Source: Felis catus (taxonomy: Eukaryota). From it: 64,000 nucleotides of DNA. Under the pieces are notes generated by a model. It saw only the letters and a program-made list of their open reading frames with translations, was not told the origin of the DNA and ran no database searches. The position numbers and the translations under genes were made by a program. Location of the stretch: the NCBI RefSeq assembly GCF_018350175.1, contig NC_058368.1, positions 20,524,001-20,588,000 of the forward strand, written 5' to 3'. Each line of letters begins with the position of its first letter. Within the stretch, counting starts at the first letter, position 1. Of the stretch, positions 1 to 12,757 are shown one piece after another.

Positions 1-31
1 CTGATTTGCTCACCTCATTGTCTTGTTTCAG

Positions 32-177
32 CTTCTGATGAAATGACACCTGAAGGGAGTTCAGAGGCAGGACAGGACTCCGTGGAGGCAGCTGACAGAC
101 AGCGGTCTTCAGATCAGACAGAGACACCTCGCTTTCCTAATGACGTTCTGCCGTCTGGTTTCTGTGCTCTGTTGTAA
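32..177 (+). CDS. GUCY1B2: Probable terminal coding exon of soluble guanylate cyclase beta-2 subunit
   Basis: Acceptor tcattgtcttgtttcAG (AG at 30-31). The phase-1 frame is open: (A)SDEMTPEGSSEAGQDSVEAADRQRSSDQTETPRFPNDVLPSGFCALL-TAA. It ends in a CaaX box like rat beta2 (CVVL). Position and orientation convergent to RNASEH2B match the known mammalian RNASEH2B-GUCY1B2 synteny. No catalytic-domain exon is in the window. Confidence 0.7.
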
Positions 178-1099
178 CAGAGGGGAAACGAACGCCTGGG
201 CTTAATTTTTCCCCAACTTAGTTTTATGGAGACAAAGGAAAGTAACTTCTTTTCATTTCTCACTTCAGAACGTCTTAAGCTGCGTCTCTTCCTCATTGTC
301 CCTTTGAGAATAGAAGTCTAGAAACGAAACCCAATCCTGACAGGTTTGGAAAGTGTCTTTTACATTCTCAGTTCGAAGCCAACCGCCCCCCCCCCCCCGC
401 CAACTTTGAGACTGCGTCTTGTTTGCTCCCACAGATGAGAAGTTCAGCTGAGGGGCCCCTTTCTGTTTTCTTCTAACCGGGGCGAATGGCTTCCATGCTC
501 TCATTGCTGGGGTTCCGCTGAATCTTTGCCTCTGAGCAAAAGCCCCAGTGGCCAGCTTCAGAGGACACCCTGACCTCTGAGCGCGTTGTGTGCAATGTCT
601 TGCTTTAAATGATGGTGGGAGGGAAGGGGAGGAAGAGGCGGAGGCAAGAGACCCAGACCCCGCAGTTTATAAATCACCCCATAACACAGCCGGGACGTGA
701 AAGGCACTCGGCCAGGGGTTGTGAAAGGAAATAATTTTCATTCCCAGCCCTGGGAATTATGTGAAGCAATAGAACGAAAGCTGCAGTCCCCAGAGACTTT
801 CTGAAAGTAGGATGCAGGGGAAAATGTGAAAATCACAGGAAGGGCAGACTTAGGAAAGATAGGGAAGCAGAGCAGAATGAAGTCAGACACCCAGGCCCCT
901 TGGCCAGCCACCTTCACGACACAGAAGGCCCCTCTACTACTCGTCGCTGCGGGCATGGAAACACCTTCTGCCGCAGAGAGCGCCGGAGATGTTCTCAGAG
1001 GCGTGGGCCCGGGCAGGGGGGAGGCAGAGATGTGGTCTTCGGACTATGCATCTGCGTTTGGGGATGGCCAGAAACTTGGCACGTATGTTTTACCTAGAT

Positions 1100-1105
1100 A
1101 ATAAA
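1100..1105 (+). promoter_or_regulatory. Candidate polyadenylation signal for the GUCY1B2-like transcript
   Basis: First AATAAA I found downstream of the stop at 175-177; another at 1832-1837. Confidence 0.3.
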
Positions 1106-1310
1106 GAAAATCTGAGGGCACGCATGGTTCTGTGAGTCATCCTTGCTAGGACCTGACTTGTCCCAAGAGGCATTAACTGTCTCCGACGATTCCCAGGAGG
1201 GCACGCGCAGGACCCGACTCCGTCCCCCAGCCAATCCCAGGGGCAGAAGGGAAGGGGAAGGCAACAAGAGCTGAATTCCTTGCTCTATCCTTCCGGGAGG
1301 CAACCGTGTC

Positions 1311-1393
1311 TTGTGTCTAGAAACGGGCAGGTGCGGCCCGCAAAGCAAGTGCTTTGTGTCTAGAAACGGGCAGGTGCAGGGCTAGAGCAAGCC
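1311..1393. repeat. Two-copy tandem duplication, period 43 bp
   Basis: ttgtgtctagaaacgggcaggtgc occurs at 1311 and at 1354. Confidence 0.85.
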
Positions 1394-1409
1394 AGGATTC
1401 GAATGAGCG

Positions 1410-2050
1410 CAAAGTGCTCAGTCAAAAGATGTGCGTTCTTGTCCTGACTCTACCGCCTGACCTCTTGGTACCTCAATCTCTCCAGCTATAAAATAGGGTT
1501 AGTGACAGCTGCCCCACCTACCTCACAGGGTTTTTGTTTTGTTTTCTGGTGAGGATTCGGGGAAATACAAGAGCACAAATATGCCCGTGATGCTCCCAAT
1601 AATAGTAGCTACTGACGTTTGTTGACCACCAAACACACGCTAGGCACTGGCCGCACATGTACGTTACACGTTACTTCTGCTCCTGGCAACAATCCCATAA
1701 TAAGTCAGGTCTTGCCCTCCCCACTCAACCGACGAGGAACCAGCTCACACAGATTCAGCAGCCGGAGATCACACTGACGGTGCTGGCAAATAGCCCAGGC
1801 CAGACGCACCCTGCTCAAAGTTCTTAGGTCAAATAAAGGCAGGACAGCCTGGAGGTATGGACCCTGGAGCCAGGGCGGGGGGCAGGTCTGAATCCTGCTT
1901 CAGGATTCAACGTTCCCGGCTGTGTGAGTTTGGGAAAGTTGCTTAACATCTCCGTGCCTCAGTGTCCCTTGTGTAAAACGGGGATAATTAGAGGACCTGC
2001 CTCATAGGAATGTCACGAACTACACGCAAAGCATTCAGAAGAGGTAGCCA
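1410..2050. mobile_element. Cluster of about three MIR fragments (+, -, +)
   Basis: MIR core-like motifs, e.g. cttaacatctccgtgcctcagtgtcccttgtgtaaaacggggataat and ctacctcacaggg. Confidence 0.65.
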
Positions 2051-5000
2051 CGCTTTGCAAGCCCTCTTCAGAGGCGAGGAATTTTTACGTGCTTGAAACG
2101 CGCCTCTGAAACGAGCAAAAGTGATCCGGCTCACAATTCTTGTTACTTGCCGCGCACACTTTCCTTCGAAGTCCTTTAGCTCAGCTTTGAGCCACAAGAA
2201 CCCAGCCCAAGACTATGACCACGGTTAGGTGGCGGCATGGCTGGAGACAGGAGAGCAAACAGCTGTTTGGGAGAGTGGCGGCTTTTTGTTTTGGTTTTGG
2301 AGGGCGCAGAGCGGGACCCTGCAGCCAGGGCTCCCCGCCCGCAGCTCGCTTTGCTTCCTTGGCCCCAGCAGAATGTGCCCCTTGAACGCTCAGTTATACC
2401 TAAGACCGCCAGAGACTGGGAAGCAGGTGCCCTCGCCTTGCGTGAAAATGGAGAGGATTTTGTTCAGTGTTTATTATGATTGAAATAATTATTTCCAGCT
2501 GTAAATGAATGACTACATCGTGCATTTGGTATCCCTCCGGAGCCTGCTATTTACTCGGGAGTAAACACTGGTGGAGACGAACTTCGGCGCCCAGAGAAAC
2601 CCGGCAGGGCTGCCGACATGCTCTGTGAGCCCCTGGCACTCTCAAGGGAGCGTTCTTTCTTGGATGCCCTCCTCGCCGCTGGAGCCCTCAGGGGCCCCCT
2701 TGCCAAGCTGGGGCGTGTGCCCGTCCACCAAGAGGGCAGGTCGGCTTGGGGGACGCCTGTACCTCTGCACACCTCTGCAAGTGCTATGCTCTCCCGACAA
2801 CATCTGGTGGTCTGCCTGATGCCCATCCGCTGAACATCTGGCTGTCACTCCAGAAACCGACTTTTGTTTATGAGCCGCGAATGCTTTGCTCAGCAGGGAA
2901 GGTGCAACTAGTCCACACGGAGCCCCCTCCGGGCCTTAGGACCTTGGGGGGAGAGGGACCCTCCCACACCTACCACCTGTTAGGTTCATTTCATCCTGTC
3001 ACCCTGTCTGGCGCCAGCCCCTCGGCTCCCTGCACTGCAGGCCACAGTCCTGGGCACGGCCGACTTAGATCCAAGCAGATGGCTTCTGACCCGGTCTACC
3101 TAGCCAAGGGCTATTACGGACTCGCTGGCCTGCAGCCCATGGAGAGAGGTAGACGTTTTCATTAGCAAGAACTTGAAAACACCATCTACCGTCCTTCCCC
3201 ACGGGAGCCCAGAGCTTAATCCTGTGGCTTCTACAGCCAGCCCGACCTCCCAACCCTTACACACCAGCCTCTGGAGGTGGGGTTCATGGGCGCGGGTGGA
3301 GGGGACAACAATATGCCGGGATGCCCCTCCTGCCACCCTTTTGCCCGTCCACCTGGCTTTCTCCAGGGCCATCTGAGCCTGGTTTTCAAATGCCGAGGCC
3401 TGGCAGGGGCTGGGGTCTCACCCCTCCTCTAGGTACCAGTGCTCATTCTTTACAACAGCCCGAACTCCCCCACCTTTTCTTTCTCACCCTGTCTTCTTTT
3501 CCAGCTTTCCCTCAGCCCGAGAAAGAAGGCGAATCACGCGCCTGGCTGAGGAATGAGATCATTTCTCTCCCCTCTTAGCAGGCTTGCTGTCTGCTAGTCG
3601 GGGTTACTGGAAGAAAGCGGGAAAGCTCGATTTCCACAGAGAGCCATCTGGCTGCACCAGACCCACGCTGATGCTAATCCGTTGGTTTCTTTTTCTTTAG
3701 TCTTTTTTTTTTTATTTTGTTATTATTATTTTTTCATTTTTTTTGTTCCCGAGGAACACTTCATCTGCAGCTGTAAACTGAGACCTGGTCCCTCCGAAGG
3801 CGAGCCCGTGTTTGGTGCGCATGTTTGTTACAGCATTATGCACTCCCCGCCCCCTTGTAGGTGTCAGGGCATCATTGTTATCACTGGTGGGTCTATGTAC
3901 TTGTAACGTCAGGGCCGTACTTTCAAATGGAAATCAGGCAATTATGCTCCACATGGAGACATCTGACAGATGCAGAAGTTTTACACCACTGGCTGTGTCA
4001 CGGGGACAAAGGCGACCAGCGCTCCCAGGAGATGGTGAAATAAATAGAATATGTTGCAGGAGTGCAGAAAAATCGAGGAATAATGAGCCGTGTGATGCGA
4101 GTTCATAGCTCCTGTGGCTGTTTCACTTCAAAATGTGATAATGATATGTCAACGAACTGCTTAACTCATCCCTGTGAAGGCAGCATTAGAAAACCGACCA
4201 CAAAGTGCATTCAAACACGGGCGGACGCCCTTCTCTGCATGTTTTTCAGTTTCCCAATGCACAGCTTCAGAGTGTTTCCCCTTGTTTTGCCTCCCTCTCG
4301 CGGGGGGCTCCAGTCGGCTTAAAGACAAGAGGGGCTGGTTGTAGCCTGAGATCTACGTGACCAGCAGCTTCCTGTCGACATGCAGCCTTAGACATGGAGT
4401 GCTCATGCTGGCTGGGAACCGTGGTGGCAATGCTCTCGCGGCCACCCGGGGATGCGTCCATGTTAGGCTCCAAGCCCCAGCCGGGTGCCCCGGTCCTGTG
4501 AGTGTGAGGTGAGTACTGTTACCATCCGACGTTACAGCTGGGGAAAGAGGCATAGAGCTGAGTGCGAGAACGGGGCTTCGGCTCTAGCCCCCCACTCCCA
4601 CCCCAACTCTGGTCTTGGCTCAGGCCCCTCGCAGCCTCTCTGATGCTTCCACAGACGGTAGGAGGCAAGGTGTGTGCTCGCGCCTGCTCCCTCGACAAAG
4701 CCCCCGAGGTCAGACACATATAGTTGGAGTTAACTAAATAGGAGAGACCTACATGAAAGTTAAGACTGAATTTTTTCCCCATAGAATATCCAGCAGTTTA
4801 AACGAATGGTTAGTTGGAGCCTGAAGCATGCCTAAGATTCATCGCTCGATGTGTCTAAAACGGAGTTCAAATTCATTTATATTACCAAGAAGTAAAGTGT
4901 CCCCAAATCCTGCTCATTGCTCTCTCCTGTCGGGGAAGAAACAACTCGGAGCAGGCTTTGGCCCATCGCTTTGGACTTGAGCAGTCCCTGAAGATTCCCC

Positions 5001-5815
5001 CGTTACTCGGCTGCCTTGGATTAACAGGAAATTAACATGAGAGCGGATGCCAAATAACACTGAGAAAAAAGGGAAGACGTTTTATCGTCCAGAAACCGTA
5101 TTTTTAAACTAAGCATATGATGAAAGAAATAAAACAGCTTTACATAGGAATCGCTGACGCGTTCTCAGATCAGCAAACGCCACTTTGAAAGTGCCTGAAG
5201 CACCGTGACAGGGAGAAAACATTAATCCAACAAAACCAGAGGCGGCGGGAGGCAAAAGGTTTACTAATTTGCTGGTGATCAGTAAACACCAGTCACACGC
5301 ACGTCGCCCTCTGATCGTGACTTGTTCTACCCTGTCCGAGGGTGGAAGAACATTTAAGGAGACTGACAACTCTTTGCACTGTTAGCTTTGTCGTACGTAG
5401 GCTAGGAAATAAATTACATTTCTGCTTATGGAAAATTAGTCTTACTTTTTTCACTTCTGCTGAACACATTTGTTTGAAGATATTAGATTAGAATGGTAAG
5501 CTTGCATTGCAGAAGTGAAAAAATATCATTAAAGTATTCTCTTACATAAAGACCTCAATTAAAAAGGATTGAAAACACCAGTGACACGCACAAGAGACCG
5601 AAGTTACAAATCACTCGCGAATGGGCCACTCAGGAGCTCAGCAAAGCAGCAGGAACCTCATCCCTTGGGTGGGGCCCGCCGTCCTGAGGAACCCATGAGC
5701 CCAGCAAGGACTTGTGTCATAGAGACCAAGCACTAAGGACTGAAGGGAGGAAAAATAGGAGCAAAGAAAATGGGAATACTAATTAAAAATCAGGAACTAA
5801 AAAATCTAAAAAATC

Positions 5816-6032
5816 GGGGCACCTGGGTGGCTCAGTCGGTTAAGTGTCCGACTTTGGCTCAGGTCAGGATCTCACGGCTCGTGGGTTCGAGCCCCACGTT
5901 GGGCTCTATGCTGACAGCTTGGAGCCTGGAGCCTACTTCAGATGCTGTGTCTCTCTCTCAGCCCCTCCTGGGCTCTCGCTCTGTCTCTCTGTCTCTGTCT
6001 CTCGAAAATAAATAAACATTAAAATTTTTTTC
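5816..6032 (+). mobile_element. Can-SINE (SINEC_Fc-like)
   Basis: ggggcacctgggtggctcagtcggttaag head, (CT)n tract, A-rich tail. Confidence 0.95.
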
Positions 6033-6052
6033 ATTAAAAACCAAGAAAAGCT

Positions 6053-6243
6053 GGGGCACTGGGGTAGCTGTTGGTTAAGCATCTGACTCTTAATATTGGC
6101 TCAGGTCATGATCTCATGGTTCATGAGATCGAGCTCCATGTCAGGCTCTGCACTGGTAGCACAGAGCTTGCTTGGGATTCTCTCTCTCCCTCTCCCTCTA
6201 CCCACCCCCCACAAAATAAATAAATAAACATTAATTTTCTTTT
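6053..6243 (+). mobile_element. Can-SINE (older subfamily)
   Basis: Diverged tRNA-like head, gcttgggattctctctc motif, aataaa tail. Confidence 0.9.
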
Positions 6244-6400
6244 AAATCAAAAAGAGCTAAAACAGAGGTTAAGAGCCTCAAAATATATGCCATAGCTAAC
6301 CAGCTGAACACTGGCTAGTGTCCATGATTAGTTAGCCTATAATATCTTTCCACAAAGAACTTTAACATCTTCATTATATGTTCTTTAACTATCAAAAGTA

Positions 6401-6610
6401 TTTTTTAATGTTTATTTATTTTTGAGAGAGAGAGAGAGAAAGCTTGAACAGGGGAGGGGTAGAGAGAGAGGGAGACACAGAATCCAAAGCAGGCTCCAGG
6501 CTCTAAGCTGTTAGCACAGAGCCCAATGCGAGGCTCGAACTCACAAGCCATGAGATCATAATGTGAGGCAAAGTTGGACGCTGAATCGACTGAGCCACCC
6601 AGGCACCCCC
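6401..6610 (-). mobile_element. Can-SINE
   Basis: Antisense SINE flanked by TSD tatcaaaagtatttt. Confidence 0.95.
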
Positions 6611-6755
6611 ATATCAAAAGTATTTTTAATTAAACATTTGACAAAAAATAAATCAGTTCACAGAGAAATCTCTAAAAATTTTTCAGGTTCAACCATTTAC
6701 CATTTTGAAAGTTTTTTTTTAAAAAAACCACCTCTGATTAAAAAAGTTGTTTTAC

Positions 6756-6985
6756 GGGGCGCCTGGGTGGCTCAGTCAGTTGAACAGCTGACTTCGGCTC
6801 AGGTCATGATCTCACAGTCCGTGAGTTCGAGCCCCACGTCGGGCTCTGTGCTGACAGCTCAGAGCCTGGAGCCTGTTTCCGATTCTGTGTCTCCCTCTCT
6901 CTGACCCTCCCGCATTCATGCTCTGTCTCTCTCTGTCTCAAAAATAAATAAAAAAAAAAACGTTAAAAAAAATTAAAAAAAAAAT
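6756..6985 (+). mobile_element. Can-SINE (SINEC_Fc)
   Basis: Full length; TSD aaaaaagttgttttac at 6740-6755 and 6986-7001. Confidence 0.95.
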
Positions 6986-7136
6986 AAAAAAGTTGTTTTA
7001 CGTTTGGTTTTGCTTTTTTCTTGTCTCTAACACATTTGTTTGTAAATATTATGGTCATCTTGTGATGGTGAGTTTTTTCAAAGTGAGTATGATTGGCAAA
7101 ATCAAAATTGATTTTGACCCATCTCTTCCAAAAAAT

Positions 7137-7162
7137 TGTGTGTGTGTGTGTGTGTGTGTGTG
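7137..7162. repeat. (TG)n microsatellite
   Basis: Direct observation. Confidence 0.95.
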
Positions 7163-7689
7163 TTTGAATATGAACCTGGCTCTCAGGTCATCTAGGTATC
7201 GTAACTCTGTATGTGACTGTGTGCATATCACCACGGTACTTAGCATCTTAAGAAAAGTAAAGCAGATTGCTGTATAATGAGGGTACAGTGGGAATGCAAC
7301 AGTGCAGGAAAGCTTTCCATTAATCATTCTAGTAAAAACATATCAACTTTCTTTATACGTGATTATGGACAATGTGAACTTTGAAAAACCGTGCCGTTTA
7401 TTGGAAGAAGAAATAAAATGAGACAGCAAGCAGACCATATAAAAAAAACACATGTGGGATTTTTCAGATTACCCCCTTCACACCCTTGAGAAAATCTTTT
7501 CAAAGGGAGCCACAGTCACTCACAGAAGTGAGTCAGAGTTCTCAGATGGATTGGAATTGAAGGAACAGTTGAAAGCCACTGATTTAGATCAACATGTTAA
7601 TAGCAGTCATCTTTAGAAGCTAGAATTATGGCCGACTTTCTTTTTCTTCATCATGAGTTTCTGAGTTTTCCAAGGAATAATGTAAAGGG

Positions 7690-7930
7690 CTTATAGCACG
7701 TTGCTTAAATGAATGGGCACTGGAGCCAAGCCACCCAGGTTTGGAGTCTGGTTTTGTGGCTCATTGGCTTATGCAAATCACTTTCCACCTTCGGGCTCTC
7801 CATGTCATCTGTAGAATGGCAACCATCATAGTCCCTATTTCAGAAAGTTGTTAGGATGGCTAGTGGGATAATGCTTGCAAAGCACATAGCGTCTTGGGCA
7901 CGGAACTGTGCAATAAACGTTAACCATTTA
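7690..7930 (+). mobile_element. MIR
   Basis: catctgtagaatggcaaccatcatagtccct ... aatgcttgcaaagcacatagc resembles the MIR consensus. Confidence 0.7.
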
Positions 7931-8059
7931 AGAAAAATCCTTTAACGACCCATGTCTGTACAGTTTCTTACAGAAATAGAAAAAGCGGAAACCCCAAGTC
8001 TCACTGATGAAGCCAAATATAATTTCCATTTGCCACATTGCCTGATCCCTGGTGTAAGT

Positions 8060-8260
8060 GAGCATTCCTCCAGCTCCTGTTCTTCCACACTCCCCTGTGT
8101 TTTTCATTCATACGCCCACTGCAGCCTGACCCTAGCTGATTTGTATACATGTGCTGGAAGTAGTCACCGTGGTTGGTTTTAAGCTACCAGTGGTTTCGCA
8201 AATGGCTTGGGAACTCCTGAATGTTTAACAATTCGCTCTCATGAACCAACATGCCACTGG
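8060..8260 (-). mobile_element. MER63-like hAT DNA transposon fragment
   Basis: tttaagctaccagtggtttcgc ... ctcctgaatgtttaacaattcgctctcatga ... gccactgg resembles antisense MER63. Confidence 0.6.
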
Positions 8261-8309
8261 TGAACGATTCCTACATCTGAAAATTGCATGTTATGTATGG
8301 ATGGATGGA

Positions 8310-8335
8310 TTTATTTTTAAAGTTGATTTATTTAT

Positions 8336-8391
<56 letters not shown>

Positions 8392-8557
8392 CACAAGTGG
8401 GGAAGGGACAGAAAGAGAGGGAGAGAGAGAATCCCAAGCAGGCTCTGTGTTGTCAGCACAGGGGCCTACGCAGGGTTTGATCTCACCAACCCTGAGATCA
8501 GGATCTGAGCCCAAATCAAGAGTCAGACGCTTACCCAAATGAGCCACCTAGGCACCT
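8310..8557 (-). mobile_element. Can-SINE with long (GA)n tract
   Basis: Antisense SINE head at the right end; (GA)n at 8339-8383. Confidence 0.95.
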
Positions 8558-9225
8558 CTAACATTGCATTTTAAATGGCAGGTTGGGATTGACAGGTAAG
8601 AAAAAATAACTCCCCTCTCCATACCCCCGGGCCAGCACAAATATGGCACTGAATTTGGGGACAATATTACTAGTAGGGGCCATTAGCCATAACTAAACAT
8701 GTGGCCAAATGGGCTATTTTCTGGGTTGGTCTTTATTATTGCAATGGTGAGATGAAGATTTCTTGCAAACCAATGGGATTGTCAAAGCAGAGTCCATTCC
8801 ACGGGTCCCCAGATACCTCTGGCACCCTGAGGAAAGGAGCAAGGTGGAGCATCTTCGGATTTCTTTAAGTATTTTTTTCCAATTTATTTCAAAAGTCAAG
8901 ATAAGTAATACCATAAAATAATAGTAATAATACCATAAAGTGGCATACGTGAGGATGTCTTCTTCCAATCTCTGAACCTATCCACCCACTGCTGTCATTA
9001 TAGATCAGCATTTGAAATTAACTTCTCACTAATATTTTCTTTATGAAACTAGAAGCACACACACACAGGTGTTTTCATTCCCCACACCTACCTACCTTCC
9101 CCAAGAGATATTATCTACATGGTTCTACACTTACTTTTTTCATTTAACACTAGAACCTGACATTTTTTCATGTCGGTATCTAGAGAACATCCTCATTCTT
9201 CTTCTTGCAACTGTGTAGGTTTTCA

Positions 9226-9768
9226 TGAGGTGACACACTGAAGACAGCCCCACATTCTTCGCTCCTCTTCCCACCGAGAGGTAGATTCTACTTCCCTCCC
9301 CTCGAAGACATGCCGGTCGTAGTGATTTGCTCAGTTAACAGAACACAGTGCGAGTGAGGCCGTGCATGTAGGTCAGGAGCGAAGAGGTTGGCTGCTTCCC
9401 CCTCCTGCCTCTTGGGACACTCCCCTGGGGGGGAAAGACGCTTGGGGAGAAATCTGACTACCCTGCGGCCATCATGCTGTGTGGCAGCCAAGCCAGCCAT
9501 GTGGAGAGACCGTGTGCAGAGAGATCTCAGCCAGTCCCAGCTATTTTAGCCATGTTGGCCTGTGTACCAGACATGGCAATGAAGACCGTGGAGGCTTCAG
9601 ATGATTTCAGCCCAGCCAACATCTGACTGCAACCCCACGAGAATTCCGAAATGAGACCCGCCCAGCTGAGTCCGGTCAACCCACAGAACACTGAGAGATG
9701 ATAATGTGTTTTTGTTCTAACTATTGTATTTTGGGGTCATTTGGCTATAGCAACTGATAACCGGAACA
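9226..9768 (+). mobile_element. MLT1 (ERVL-MaLR) solo LTR
   Basis: Typical MLT1G/H-like motifs (ccctgcggccatcatgctgtg, catctgactgcaacc, cccagctgag) and terminus gcaactgataaccggaaca. Confidence 0.8.
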
Positions 9769-10461
9769 CATTGTGCAGATATGCATAATTTAGTTAGTTA
9801 GCCCCTTATAAACACACATTAGGGTTGTTTCCAATCTTCTGTTGTGTCAGCCTATGAGGTCATGAATAATCTTACCTATATACTGTTTTGCACAGTTGCA
9901 GGTTTATAAATTCTCAGAACCGGATAGTGAGTCAAAGGACAGATGCATTTGCAATTTGGTGAATTTCCATTCATTTAAAGTGCCAATTCCTTGTGCATTT
10001 TTCTATTGGCTTGTTCTTTTACTTCTCAGTTTCTAGAAACTTGGGTCTTTGTGAAATGAGATACAAATAGTTTTTCCCATTTATTTTGTATTTGGACTTT
10101 GCTTATATTGATTTTTGCCAGGAAGAATTCTATTTTTAAGTCTCCCATATTTCTTTCATTTATCTTTTATCATTTAATCTTTGATCCATTTAGAATTCAT
10201 CCTGATGCACACATCTAACTTTGTTTTTTCTAAATTGCTACTTGTCTTAAAATCATGTATGAAATAGATCCATATTTTTGCTACTGATTTGAAATTTTAC
10301 CTTTATCATATACTAAGTTTTAGTATGCATTTAGGTCTACCCGTAGTATGTTTATTCTGATTCTTTATCATCTATTCATTTCCTACTGCACTCTTAATTT
10401 TTGTAACATAGAACTATAGTTTAATACGTGAGACGGCTAGTGTACGTCTTGTTCTTTTTTT

Positions 10462-10683
10462 ATTAAAAAAAATTTTTTTTAATGTTTATTATTTTTGAGA
10501 GAGACAGAGAGCAAACAGGAGAGGGGCAGAGAGAGAGGGAGACACAGAATCCGAAGCAGGCTCCAGGCTCTGAGCTGTCGGCACAGAGCCCAACACAGGG
10601 CTCGAACCCATGAGATCTCAGAAGATCGTGACCTGAGCCAAAGTCAGACAGACGTTCAACCGACTGAGCCACCCAGGCGCCCC
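10462..10683 (-). mobile_element. Can-SINE (SINEC_Fc)
   Basis: Antisense SINE; gtcttgtt repeated on both flanks. Confidence 0.95.
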
Positions 10684-11289
10684 GTGTCTTGTTATTCTTA
10701 TTTCAAAGGATTCTCCTGAATGTTCTTCTTAACTTATTTTCTTACGTGAGCTTTCGAGTCAACTTGTTGAGTTACACACATAATCTGGCAGTATATGGGT
10801 TGGAATTACAACACAGGGAGATTTCATTTAGGGAGATTTGCCATCTTGAAGATAGTCACTCCTTTTATCCAAGCATATGGTATGCCTGCATTTGTTTAAA
10901 ACTGCTTTTGTGTCTTTCAGGATCAGTTTAAAGTTTTTGTTTCATAAAGATGTGGAACATTTCTTAGGCTTATTCTTGGTTATTTTAGCTTTTTTGTTGT
11001 TATGCTAAGTGTAAAAAGGCCTTCCATTACATCTCCTAATTGGCTGCATAAATGAAGGAAAGCTTTTGAAAGTTATATATTGATTTTATATTAAGCCACC
11101 TTACTCAAGTTTTATTTTCAGAATCTTTTTCAGATAATCCTCTTGGGACATCCAAAAATACAAATATATAATTTGCAAATAATGATAATTTTATATCTTT
11201 TCAATTTTTCTGTGTCTAATTTCTCTTTCCTGTTTGTAACATTTTTAGCTTATTCTTGACATTAGTAGGGATGATATTGGTATTTCCAC

Positions 11290-11343
11290 TTTATTTATTT
11301 TTTAGAGAGAGAAAGCGTGAGTGTGAAGGGGGCAGAGGGGGAA

Positions 11344-11386
<43 letters not shown>

Positions 11387-11494
11387 CCCAAGCAGGCTCT
11401 ATGTTCAGCATGGACCCCAAAGTGGGGCTCAATCCTAAGACCCTGGGATCATAACCTGGGCTGAAATCAAGAAATGCTCAATTGACTGAGCCCC
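11290..11494 (-). mobile_element. Can-SINE (older, 5'-truncated)
   Basis: (GA)n tract and gaatcccaagcaggctct; flanking ggtatttc repeat. Confidence 0.9.
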
Positions 11495-12397
11495 GGTATT
11501 TCTCCTTTAAACATATGTTGACTTTCAAGTTGGCTTATCCTAGCAGGTGCACATCTATTCTTATTTCACTGAATTTTTTAGATCAAGAATGGAAATTTAA
11601 TTTTACTACATATCTTCAAAGCACCTAAAGAGATAAATACATAGTTCTTTTCTTTGATCATTTATATGGTGAATTCATATAAGTAGACTTCCTGAAATTG
11701 AACCATCTTTGCATGGAATAAATGCCACTTTTTCATGCTATCCTATTCTCTTAAGGAGTTGCTTGAGTCTACTCGGTAGAACTTTGCTTTGTATTTTTGC
11801 ATCGGTATTTTAAAATTATTTCATTTAAAAAAATTTACAGTTATTATCAGGTTTTTAAATTCAATATTATGCTCACTTTTGTGTTCTTCTTAATACGTCT
11901 TTTCTATACCCATATCCATTTCATTTTGTTTGCTTTTCTCATTTTGACCCTCTAAGCTCCTTGCTATGTTTTATTATTATCCATTTTCTCTCCCAATTCA
12001 TCCTCTTTCTTTGATGGTTCATTTTTTCTTCTATTTCTACCCTGGATGTCACCAGCTCACTCTCGGTCTCTTGTCTTGCCATCCCTGCTAACGGAGGGCT
12101 GCGCTTCTGCGTTGTGCCCCAACTTTGTAGAGGTGACTTCATCACTAAATATTTCACATCTGTAGTACAATACTTTATACTATTTTCATCTGCTCTTTGG
12201 CAACATTTTATCTGCCATTTACTTTTCCTGATCTTGTTTTATGTCTTGAGTCTCTGGAATAATTTGGGTGGGTTCTTTTTGATGTCTCACTTTTGGAGCC
12301 AGTGAGTTTTTCTTGTACCAAATATTTGCAGGGTCCCATCCAAGCCTAGTAGGAATTTTTTTTTTTTTATGAATCAAGAGTTTGTGCATGAGTTTAA

Positions 12398-12605
12398 AAT
12401 TTTTTTTTAATGTTTATTTATTCTTGAGACAGAGACAGAGCGTGAAAAGGGGAGGGGCAGAGAGAGGGAGACACAGCATTGGAAACAGGTTCCAGGCTCT
12501 GAGCTGTCAGCACAGAGCCCGACACGGGGCTCGAACTTATGAACTGTGAGATCATGACCTGAGCCGAAGTCGGACACTTAACCGATGGAGCCACCCAAGC
12601 GCCCC
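12398..12605 (-). mobile_element. Can-SINE (SINEC_Fc)
   Basis: TSD tgtgcatgagttt. Confidence 0.95.
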
Positions 12606-12710
12606 TGTGCATGAGTTTTAGATCTAGTCTCCCCAGCCAATAAAGACAGGCAGCAGTAGGGTTTTCAAAAAACTCCTCTCTTCCCTGCTGCTGGCAGATA
12701 GGGCTTTCCC

Positions 12711-12715
<5 letters not shown>

Positions 12716-12755
<40 letters not shown>
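12716..12755. repeat. (TG)n microsatellite
   Basis: Direct observation. Confidence 0.95.

Positions 12756-12757
<2 letters not shown>

Larger units (their letters stand above)
8880..12300 (-). mobile_element. Ancient, fragmented L1M (L1ME-like), interrupted by an MLT1 LTR and SINEs
   Basis: T-rich antisense L1 3'/ORF2-like motifs (ggttgtttccaatctt, tttgatccatttagaattcat, ttgaaccatctttgcat). Confidence 0.6.

Noticed and set aside
1311..1393. Repeat-spacer-repeat pattern superficially like CRISPR (also at 48240-48320)
   Set aside because: Only two copies, in mammalian DNA, with related 'spacers'; simple tandem duplications.
2229..3578. Many overlapping ORFs in GC-rich sequence
   Set aside because: High GC lowers stop-codon frequency; no recognisable protein similarity or consistent exon structure.
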